Shown: positions 36,244-43,768 of the stretch, piece by piece
Layout of the letters: every line of letters begins with the position of its first letter
Position numbering within the stretch: position 1 is the first letter of the stretch
NCBI GenBank assembly: GCA_017472545.1
Contig: JAFUPZ010000060.1
Location: forward strand, 1 to 43,840
DNA from: a bacterium
Lineage (GTDB): Bacteria > Cyanobacteriota > Vampirovibrionia > Gastranaerophilales > Gastranaerophilaceae
Length of the DNA stretch: 43,840 bases
Direction of reading: 5' to 3'
Notes under the pieces: model-generated
What the model was told of the DNA's origin: nothing
The model's input: the letters and a program-made list of their open reading frames with translations, nothing else
The model's database searches: none
Program-made: the position numbers and the translations under genes

Positions 36244-38007
36244 TTAAGCCTGAAAACGTTTTATTAAATTTGTTTCATTATTATCATTCTTAGGAAGTTC
36301 AAACTTTTTAGTCTCAACTTTTTGAGAATAATCAGCATAATGCCTATAATCTTCTAATTCTTTCAACGCTAACATATCAGCAACGCGTGAAGCTTTCTTT
36401 TGAGCTTTTGTTGTAAGAATATCAATTACAATAATTGGTAGCATACAGAACACAAAAGGAGCTAAGGTTTTTGTTGTAATTTTCACTAAAGACATTTTTG
36501 AAAAATTAGGATCAGAAAACATCTTTGCCATCATTGAATAAGAAACACCCATTGCAGCCAAAGAACCAACGGTTGATGCTCCCTGCATAACCAATTGCCC
36601 CATTGCTTCAACACTTTCTGAATAATTTTGAGACTTTTCATCTACCTTGTTGAAAGTCTTGAATACATTTTTTTGTAAATTCTTAGCTTGTTGCAATTGC
36701 TCTTCTGACAACTCAATTTGATCCAAAACTTTATGACGTTTTAACTGTTCTGCCCCATTTGTTTTTACATAATTTTGGTATTCTTTATTATCTTTAACTA
36801 ATTGGACAAAGAATTTGAACACATTTGGTTTCTTAGCTTTTTCAGGAGCTTTAACATCTGACATTTTTTCAGATTCTTTTTCGTCAACGTAAACAAGTTC
36901 TGCAGGATTATTTAACATTTCTTGTTTTGTTTTATATCTAGCAATTCTAGAAGCTTGTTTTTGGATTTTTGCAGCATAAATACCTAAAGTTAACGGAATT
37001 GTTAAACCTACCGCCCAAGGAACAATTTTTGCAGCAATTCCACCACTAATTTTTAAACCCTTCATCAATTTATTAGAAACCCAACCTACCAAACCTCCAG
37101 TACCAAGAGCCAAAGTACATATAGTATTAGTTGCCATTTCTGCATTTTCTGCATAATCTTGAGAAGCTATATCAATTTTTCTAACCATATTAGCTAGAAT
37201 CTGTTGATCACGCTTTGCATCTTTTATTTGTTTTTCAGTTAAATCATTAGCAAATTTTGATTCATCTTCTTTTAATTTTGCATCAAAATCAGCTTTTGCT
37301 TTTTGGTATTCATCTGAACCCTTATAAAGTTTTTTTAGGGTTCTAAATGATTCAGCAGGATTAAAATTCAATCCTTTATTCTTTTCTAAACGTTTTTTCT
37401 CTTTATCTTCTAGAACTACATCTTTTGCAAGTTCATCAACTTTTTTCTGTTGCTCTGGAGTAAGTACCGCAAATATGGCAGGATCTTTCAAATCCTTGCT
37501 CATTGCTTCAAATCGACCTCGTCTAGAAGCCCCAACTTTCGCTTTTGTAGACAAAACTATAGCAGGAAAACTTGCAATCGTACCTAAAATCAAACCAATA
37601 ACTGTCGGAGCTGCACCTAAAAACAACCCCAATCCTTTATTTTTAAGTGAAACTTTCTCTATAAAATTTTGAAAAGATTTCATAAGAAGAAGAGGACTAC
37701 CAAGAGCCATACCACCCATTGTAGCAAGACCAACGACTTGACCTGTTGCCACTTGAGTTGCAACTTCAGTATCTTCAGCATTAGATTGAGAATATTCATC
37801 CATTACATCAATTGCATGTAATAAATTTTTCCCTCTTTCTATATCCTCTTTACTCATTTTATCAGGATTTTGTTTTAAATACTCAACACGTCTAGCATTT
37901 TCTAAATCTTGCTTTTCAGACCAGTTAGAATATTCTGGGAGGTATTGTTTATAGCTTTTATAATTATTTAAAATTTCCATAGGCAATAATATAATGAAAC
38001 TGAACAT
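36244..38007 (-). CDS. hypothetical polytopic membrane protein with long charged coiled-coil loops
   Basis: 587 aa with several hydrophobic Gly/Ala-rich segments (VVGLATMGGMALGSPLLL, GLFLGAAPTVIGLILGTIASFPAIVL, ALGTGGLVGWV, VPWAVGLTIPLTLGIYAA, APFVFCMLPIIVIDIL). It sits 22 nt upstream of the next gene, so it is probably the first gene of a 3-gene operon. The start could be the second Met (MEILNNY). Confidence 0.5.
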   Translation of the reverse strand: MFSFIILLPMEILNNYKSYKQYLPEYSNWSEKQDLENARRVEYLKQNPDKMSKEDIERGKNLLHAIDVMDEYSQSNAEDTEVATQVATGQVVGLATMGGMALGSPLLLMKSFQNFIEKVSLKNKGLGLFLGAAPTVIGLILGTIASFPAIVLSTKAKVGASRRGRFEAMSKDLKDPAIFAVLTPEQQKKVDELAKDVVLEDKEKKRLEKNKGLNFNPAESFRTLKKLYKGSDEYQKAKADFDAKLKEDESKFANDLTEKQIKDAKRDQQILANMVRKIDIASQDYAENAEMATNTICTLALGTGGLVGWVSNKLMKGLKISGGIAAKIVPWAVGLTIPLTLGIYAAKIQKQASRIARYKTKQEMLNNPAELVYVDEKESEKMSDVKAPEKAKKPNVFKFFVQLVKDNKEYQNYVKTNGAEQLKRHKVLDQIELSEEQLQQAKNLQKNVFKTFNKVDEKSQNYSESVEAMGQLVMQGASTVGSLAAMGVSYSMMAKMFSDPNFSKMSLVKITTKTLAPFVFCMLPIIVIDILTTKAQKKASRVADMLALKELEDYRHYADYSQKVETKKFELPKNDNNETNLIKRFQA

Positions 38008-38162
38008 TGAAAATTGCCTATATGTTAAGTTTTGTAAATATAAATTTCAAAAAAAGGCAATTCTGAGAAATAAAAAAACTTTATTATTATATAAAGGAAT
38101 ATCTAGGATTTCATTTTACAGGAAACAGGATGATTATTACAAATCAATAGGGAGGACTTCGC

Positions 38163-38399
38163 ATGGGCGTTGGCGCAGAAGATTACATCGATAAGATGCT
38201 TGTACAAAAGTATCAAGAGGAAAAAGTTGACAATCACGACAACATGGAATCAATGGTTGATCCAAATAAAATGTTGGAAGCTATGAATGATTACGCATCA
38301 ACATTACGTAATATGATGGAGCTTCGACAAAGATTAAATATTGCTTGTTATGCAATTAACGCACGAACCGCAAGATACCAAAAATCTATGGGTCGATAA
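38163..38399 (+). CDS. hypothetical small protein (78 aa)
   Basis: A strong GGGAGGA RBS lies 6 nt upstream of the start. No recognised family. Confidence 0.45.
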   Translation: MGVGAEDYIDKMLVQKYQEEKVDNHDNMESMVDPNKMLEAMNDYASTLRNMMELRQRLNIACYAINARTARYQKSMGR

Positions 38400-38462
38400 A
38401 AAAGTTTTGTGTTGAATTGTGCTCATTTTTGCGCAAAAATGAGAAAAACAAGGAGACACGCA

Positions 38463-39032
38463 ATGGGAAAAATCATCCTAGGCTCTTCTTCTCCCAGAAG
38501 AGCAGATATTCTAGAAAAACTAAAATTGGATTTTGAAATCATTCCGTCTTCTTATGTGGAACCACATGACCAGACGGATTTCTCTTATGCTTATGTTGAA
38601 GATTTAGCATATAACAAAGCACTTGACGTTGCTAAAAATTTAAAAGAAGAGGCGTTGGTTATAGGAGCTGACACAATTGTTGTTTTAGACAATAAAATTT
38701 TGGGCAAGCCTATTGATAAAGACGATGCCTACAAGATGTGGAAAAATTTATCAGGAAAAACTCATTTTGTGGTGACAAGTATTGCTGTAATAAATTCAAA
38801 AAATTTAAAATCTAAAGTCAAATCAACAACAACTTATGTAACCTTTGAAAACTTAACTAATTCACAAATAGAGTATTATATAGAAAACTTCAAACCTTTT
38901 GATAAAGCTGGGGCATACGGCATTCAAGAATTACCAGACGGCTATGTAAAAAGTTTTGATGGGAGCTTTGACAACGTTATAGGCTTACCTTCTGAAACTT
39001 TGCTTGAGCTTTTGCAGGAAAATTATATCTAG
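38463..39032 (+). CDS. maf: Maf-family nucleoside triphosphate pyrophosphatase
   Basis: GKIILGSSSPRRADIL, GADTIVVLDNKILGKP and KAGAYGIQ motifs. I prefer ATG 38463, preceded by AAGGAGA, over the track start at 38409. Confidence 0.85.
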   Translation: MGKIILGSSSPRRADILEKLKLDFEIIPSSYVEPHDQTDFSYAYVEDLAYNKALDVAKNLKEEALVIGADTIVVLDNKILGKPIDKDDAYKMWKNLSGKTHFVVTSIAVINSKNLKSKVKSTTTYVTFENLTNSQIEYYIENFKPFDKAGAYGIQELPDGYVKSFDGSFDNVIGLPSETLLELLQENYI

Positions 39033-39043
39033 AACTACAAACA

Positions 39044-39073
39044 TTGACAAAAACAAAAAAATACAAATATAAT
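39044..39073 (+). promoter_or_regulatory. sigma-70-type promoter of the pilin-like gene
   Basis: TTGACA (39044..39049), an 18-nt spacer, then TATAAT (39068..39073). The ORF-track TTG start is the first codon of the -35 hexamer. Confidence 0.6.
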
Positions 39074-39106
39074 AACAGAAGAGAGAGTAGAATTATAGGT
39101 GGAATT

Positions 39107-39859
39107 ATGAGCAAAAGATTTGGTTTTACACTTGCAGAAGTACTAATTACTTTAGGTGTCATTGGTATAGTTGCAGCAATGACTGTTCCTGTCTTAATTT
39201 CAAATACTAACGGTGCCAAGTTCAGAAACCAATATAAAAAAACTGTATCTACTCTAAACCAAGCTGCTCTACTATCTAAAGCTAATTTTGGATATGACTT
39301 TGCTGCGACAGAAAAAACTTGTCCTGAAGATGTTGCAGAAGCTGCAAACCAACATCCAGAAGAACACATGACTTTTTGCTCAATTTTAAACGGCACTTTA
39401 TCAGGAATGACTTATTATGGCAAAGTTACAAACATCAAAAGACATTCTAAAGATGGTGAAGTTGAGTACAGATTAGAATCTAGAGATACTATACCTGACA
39501 ATTACACCAATTACCTTGCTTACGCGCTAAACGACGGAGTAATTATCGCATTTCACCCTGATGCAAAAGCTTGTGAATTACCAATGGGTAGACGTCCAGT
39601 TCAAGCCGTATTCTCTGGAGAAGTTGATGGTGCAAATATGTCACACTGCGTAGGTTTTATTGATGTAAACGGAGTTTCTCTACCAAACAGAGAAGTCAGC
39701 TGCTCTAGAGGAGAAAATAAAGTAGAATTCGGAGCAGGTTGCGTTGTTGAAAACAATGCGAACAGACTTCTTGATGTATACCCAATAGTATTCAACGGAG
39801 CTTCTGTTGAACCAGCATCAGGCGCAGCTAAATTCGTTCTTGATACTGAAAAGATTTAG
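39107..39859 (+). CDS. prepilin-type N-terminal cleavage/methylation domain protein (type IV pilin / pseudopilin-like)
   Basis: From ATG 39107 (AGGTGG RBS) the protein reads MSKRFGFTLAEVLITLGVIGIVAAMTVPVL. This is a class III signal: G|F cleavage site, Glu at +5, then a hydrophobic helix. Confidence 0.8.
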   Translation: MSKRFGFTLAEVLITLGVIGIVAAMTVPVLISNTNGAKFRNQYKKTVSTLNQAALLSKANFGYDFAATEKTCPEDVAEAANQHPEEHMTFCSILNGTLSGMTYYGKVTNIKRHSKDGEVEYRLESRDTIPDNYTNYLAYALNDGVIIAFHPDAKACELPMGRRPVQAVFSGEVDGANMSHCVGFIDVNGVSLPNREVSCSRGENKVEFGAGCVVENNANRLLDVYPIVFNGASVEPASGAAKFVLDTEKI

Positions 39860-40530
39860 ACCATACCTTCTTTTACCGCTTTTACGGCAGCTTGAACTCT
39901 ATCATTCACGCACATTTTCTGCAAAATTGAGCATACATGCGCTTTTGCAGTATGAACACTAACAATTAATTCTTTTGCTATTTCAGTATTACTCTTACCT
40001 GCAACAAGATGTTTAAGCACCTCAAATTCTCTTTCAGTTAAAGGAATTCTTGCTTGTTCAGATAATTGATTACTCAATAGTCCAATATTTTCTACTTTTG
40101 GAATTGACTTTAACGCTAAGTTTGCAACGACAGAATCTATCCAACAAACACCTTGATAAACATCTCTAATAACATCTGCAAGTTTAGTTGGGTCAATATC
40201 TTTTAAACAATAAGCATTAGCACCTGATGCTAACGCAGCAACAACTTCTTCTTCTCTATCATGTGAAGTCAATGCGATAATTTTAATGTCTGATGAAAAT
40301 TCTCTAATTTTCACCATCGCCTCAATCCCGTTCATCTTTGGTAGCCCCAAATCCATCAGCACAACATCTGGATTCAATTTTTGAATTTGTTTTATCCCCT
40401 CAACAGCATCCTCACATTCAGCAACTACGTTCAAGTCCTGATTTGAATTCAATGCACATCTCAGCCCAACTCGTGTTAATTTAAAATCCTCAACAATAAC
40501 AATAGTAATTTGTTTTTCAACTGTAATCAT
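39856..40530 (-). CDS. response regulator, NarL/FixJ family (REC + LuxR-type HTH)
   Basis: 224 aa. REC motifs are present (IVIVEDF, DVVLMDLGLPKMNG, and IIALTSHD resembling the REC conserved S/T position), with the HTH LTEREFEVLKHLVAGKSNTEIAKELIVSVHTAKAHV. No histidine kinase is adjacent. Confidence 0.9.
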   Translation of the reverse strand: MITVEKQITIVIVEDFKLTRVGLRCALNSNQDLNVVAECEDAVEGIKQIQKLNPDVVLMDLGLPKMNGIEAMVKIREFSSDIKIIALTSHDREEEVVAALASGANAYCLKDIDPTKLADVIRDVYQGVCWIDSVVANLALKSIPKVENIGLLSNQLSEQARIPLTEREFEVLKHLVAGKSNTEIAKELIVSVHTAKAHVCSILQKMCVNDRVQAAVKAVKEGMV

Positions 40531-40699
40531 ATTTGTAAATCTCCATAAAAAAATAAATCGGGCTAAGCCTCACTAATTACCTACAAATTTATATCTTAAA
40601 GCGGATAATACCATTACCCTGTCAGGTAATATTGACATGTTGTAAAATAAAATTTTTCTTATGATATAATTTTTATTACATAGGGAGATATTTATATAT

Positions 40700-42991
40700 A
40701 TGTTGAATTTATTATTTAAGAAAAGAGAGCAAGAAGTTGCTAGAGACGTTGAATTAAACAGAGTTTTAGAGGAATTAAAAAAAGAATATCCGTACGAAAA
40801 TATTCCTGAACTCAGAAAAAAATACTTAACTATGCACATCCAAAAATATGGTTATCTAACTTATTCTTACCAAAAAGCTTTGGATGAATTAACAAATGAA
40901 GAAACATTATATGCATTAGAAGAAAAATGGAAATTAAATAACGTATTCAAGAATGATAAATTTACATTTAAGAATAACCAAATTAGTCCACTTGCAAGAA
41001 ACCAAGAAAAAACATCTGATTGGTTCAAAAAAGAAGGACACAATATCAAATTAATTAACCTAGCTGCACTTGGCAACGGTAACGAATCAAAAGAACCTGG
41101 TAAATTCTTCGATTGGTTAAAACAATTACTAATTCTACCTACTGGTAATTTAAAAAATGGAATCTACAACACTACAATCTATTTAATTCCATTTCACCCA
41201 AGAGAGTTTGGATGCGCTTATCTTCCAAAAAGTAGCGAAGTTAGTAGCAAACTTAAAGACGAGCACGTTGAAGAAATCACAGGCTTAAATGCAAAACAAC
41301 AGGTGCAGACTTTTATACAAATGGCTCAACTTGCTGGTCACCCTGTAATTTACGACATTTTGCCTCAAACAGGTAGATTCTCTAAATTTGTACTTGCTAA
41401 CCCACAAGTTGCACGCTGGTACGATATAACAGAATTACAAAAACAACTTTTAGCAAAAGTTGATGAAGTCGCAGAATTTCTATCAAAAGATCACGACCAA
41501 GACGACATCCAAATCGCTAAAGATGTTTATATTCAAAGATTGCAAGGAAGTTCTGGAGATCTAAGTCCTGCATTCCAAGAATTATACAACAACTTTGAAG
41601 GCATTATGATTGAACATAAGAAGAAATTTTCAAACACAATGCTTGAAAGAAGTTACCAAACAAAAATCCACAAACGTGTAAAAGATTTAGTGGCAAAAGT
41701 TCACGAATTCAAAAACGACAAGAAAAAACTTGAAGAAAGTGATATAACAAAACAAGTAGAAACAATCCAATTATTAATGAATGATGGATTGTGGCCTGCA
41801 CCAGGTGGAGCGTGGTGTTCTGCAGGGGTGCCAGTATACGATGGAATGAGCGAATGCGGTGGTTATCCAATGTTCAAACACTTTGATTACAAAGGGGACG
41901 ATGTTACAGCTTTTGCAAACTTGGATTGCCAAACTCCATATTATTTTGTAAATCTAGAAAATGGAAAATTTAATGAAGATGTAATTGATTTATTTATAGA
42001 CAGTATGAAGCAATTACAAAAAGATTACAATTTTGACGGCTTCAGAATTGACCATATCGACCACGTTGTTGACGAAGTTTCAGAACGTAACGGAGTACCT
42101 ATTAGTTATAGAGCGCCAAGATACGTGCTAAACAAATTAAACTCAACAATGAAGAAAAAATTCCCATATTTTGCAACTCTAGCAGAATATATGCTATGGG
42201 ATAATTTCTTAAAAGAATACCACCAAGATATGAAATTTGACCTATTGTGGGGTAATGATATTATTTCTCAATTTGATAAGACCCCAGAAAGAATTTCTGA
42301 AGATAACCAAAACCTTGCAGTATACAACAGCAAGTTCAAAAAAGGCAGTATGTTATCCATATTAAAAACATACAATAATCAGGACGGAGAATTTCATTGT
42401 ATTGATCAATATCCAGCTCAACTTGGAGAACAAGGAGCATTGTACAAATGGTTCAAATACAAGTTCTTGCCTGGTGGAAGATATGCGCAACGCCCTGTAA
42501 TGTATGTAGACGGAGATGAAAGCTTCACTCAAGGCGGAGTCGAATACACAATTGGCGAAGAAGTTGCAATGAAACGCTCAGATAATGAAGATTTCTATAC
42601 AAAATTCGACGCTATTGATAGATTTGTAAAAAATAATAATATTATCTGTCAAGGGGAAGCTCAAATTATCATTGATGATGAAGACGGTTTTAGCGCTTGG
42701 TTAATAACAAGAGAACCAATGAAAACAGCTTATTTGATAATTTCTAACCACAAATACCCAACAGAAAAAGTTACAAAAACAGCTGCAACAGGCGAAAATT
42801 ACAGAGAAATCGTTGAAGGTTACGCAGTATTTGATAAAGATATTTATATTCCAAGCGATTACAACTTGAAAAATGAATACATACTCAAAGAAAAGAATTT
42901 TGTAGCTCAGCAAATAGAAGATACAGAAAGCCTACACTTTGACAAACTTGAGCCTAGTGAATTCAGAATATACGAACTATCAAGAAGATAA
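40700..42991 (+). CDS. alpha-amylase-superfamily (GH13/GH77-like) glycoside hydrolase or transferase, family uncertain
   Basis: 763 aa. FDGFRIDHIDHVVDE resembles the catalytic nucleophile region (GFRxDxxxH) of the alpha-amylase superfamily. LAEYMLW and YNNQDGE could be regions III and IV. Assignment is by eye only. Confidence 0.4.
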   Translation: MLNLLFKKREQEVARDVELNRVLEELKKEYPYENIPELRKKYLTMHIQKYGYLTYSYQKALDELTNEETLYALEEKWKLNNVFKNDKFTFKNNQISPLARNQEKTSDWFKKEGHNIKLINLAALGNGNESKEPGKFFDWLKQLLILPTGNLKNGIYNTTIYLIPFHPREFGCAYLPKSSEVSSKLKDEHVEEITGLNAKQQVQTFIQMAQLAGHPVIYDILPQTGRFSKFVLANPQVARWYDITELQKQLLAKVDEVAEFLSKDHDQDDIQIAKDVYIQRLQGSSGDLSPAFQELYNNFEGIMIEHKKKFSNTMLERSYQTKIHKRVKDLVAKVHEFKNDKKKLEESDITKQVETIQLLMNDGLWPAPGGAWCSAGVPVYDGMSECGGYPMFKHFDYKGDDVTAFANLDCQTPYYFVNLENGKFNEDVIDLFIDSMKQLQKDYNFDGFRIDHIDHVVDEVSERNGVPISYRAPRYVLNKLNSTMKKKFPYFATLAEYMLWDNFLKEYHQDMKFDLLWGNDIISQFDKTPERISEDNQNLAVYNSKFKKGSMLSILKTYNNQDGEFHCIDQYPAQLGEQGALYKWFKYKFLPGGRYAQRPVMYVDGDESFTQGGVEYTIGEEVAMKRSDNEDFYTKFDAIDRFVKNNNIICQGEAQIIIDDEDGFSAWLITREPMKTAYLIISNHKYPTEKVTKTAATGENYREIVEGYAVFDKDIYIPSDYNLKNEYILKEKNFVAQQIEDTESLHFDKLEPSEFRIYELSRR

Positions 42992-42994
42992 TAT

Positions 42995-43029
42995 AAAAAA
43001 AGACCTGACAAAAATCAGGTCTTTTTATT
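42995..43029 (+). terminator. Rho-independent terminator
   Basis: aaaaaAAGACCTGAcaaaaaTCAGGTCTTtttattg. The stem is identical to the gltX terminator stem. Confidence 0.7.
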
Positions 43030-43034
43030 GAAAA

Positions 43035-43308
43035 ACTCCTCGCAATAACAGAAGATTATGAGATTCTTCGGTAGGAGTCATTCTGAGCGAAGCGAAGAAT
43101 CTATTTCAAATCCAACCTCAGAGTGACGAAAGTTGTCATTACGAGCCACGTAGTGGCGTAGTAATCGCAATATATAACAAAAGTTGTATAGTAATGCGAT
43201 TGCGACGTCGTTTCACTCCTCGCAATGACGAAAGGTTATGAGATTTTTCGGTGGGAGTCATTCTGAGCGAAGCGAAGAATCTATTTCAAATCCCACCTCA
43301 GAATGACG
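43035..43308. repeat. cluster B of nested GTCAT-type palindromic repeats, including a 94-nt direct repeat (43035..43128 and 43215..43308)
   Basis: The two 94-nt copies differ at about 8 positions. Between them lie gtcattacgagccacgtagtggcgtagtaatcgc and gcgattgcgacgtcgtttcactcctcgcaatgac. The core gtcattctgagcgaagcgaagaatct is shared with 28371..28396. Confidence 0.75.
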
Positions 43309-43323
43309 GTTTAATTTTAGCCA

Positions 43324-43480
43324 AAAATTAATCCTTAAGAATTATTTTTATTAAGAAATATAACACATAAGCAAAAAATAATTACAAATTCTTAACATTA
43401 TTTTACAATAGCAAAAGCCTTATTTTATAAGCATTTGCAACTTATTAAAAATTTTTATCTAATTCTAAAGGATTAATTTT
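43324..43480. repeat. AT-rich 157-bp cassette bounded by 21-bp inverted repeats (MITE-like or invertible-segment-like)
   Basis: IR-L is aaaattaatccttaagaatta (43324..43344). IR-R is taattctaaaggattaatttt (43460..43480), whose reverse complement matches IR-L at 20/21 positions. Confidence 0.5.
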
Positions 43481-43637
43481 GAATAATTAATGTTACTCAA
43501 TTAATTAAATTGGGTTTAGTAAAAATATAGCTAAGATATATGAGGATTATTGTAAGTACTGTCAGCAAAAACGGTATAAACAAGGGATTTGATAGCAACC
43601 TCGTCTTTTTACCCTCTCCAAAGCCGGAGAGGGTGCG

Positions 43638-43668
43638 AATCGGCAAAAGTGGCGCCAAATCGGCAAAA
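43638..43668 (+). promoter_or_regulatory. two direct repeats AATCGGCAAAA spaced 20 bp apart, just upstream of a -35 box (candidate activator site)
   Basis: aatcggcaaaa occurs at 43638..43648 and again at 43658..43668. TTGACA begins at 43682. Confidence 0.35.
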
Positions 43669-43681
43669 ATCATCCAAATGG

Positions 43682-43710
43682 TTGACAGAATTTAGAAATA
43701 ATAGTAATAT
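43682..43710 (+). promoter_or_regulatory. sigma-70-type promoter of the second pilin-like gene
   Basis: TTGACA (43682..43687), a 17-nt spacer, then TAATAT (43705..43710). It lies about 58 nt upstream of ATG 43769. Confidence 0.55.
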
Positions 43711-43768
43711 AATCGTAATGTAAAGCGTATGTTATAGTTTATTTATTTAAAAGAAAGGTGAAAAGATT

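Noticed and set aside
37994-38194. 66-aa plus-strand ORF overlapping the start of the membrane-protein gene and the upstream region of the 78-aa ORF
   Set aside because: It has no RBS, a Lys/Arg-rich AT-driven composition, and sits in the divergent promoter region. The downstream 38163 ORF has the strong RBS instead.
40573-40839. 88-aa minus-strand ORF spanning the RR/glycoside-hydrolase intergenic region
   Set aside because: It covers an AT-rich promoter region and the antisense of the 5' end of the 763-aa gene. The Phe/Ser/Asn-rich composition is typical of AT-rich noise, and there is no RBS.
43540-43695. 51-aa ORF (MRIIVSTVSKNGINKGFDSN...) in the long non-coding region upstream of the second pilin-like gene
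   Set aside because: It has no RBS. It runs through a hairpin, the AATCGGCAAAA direct repeats and the -35 box, so the region is better explained as regulatory DNA.
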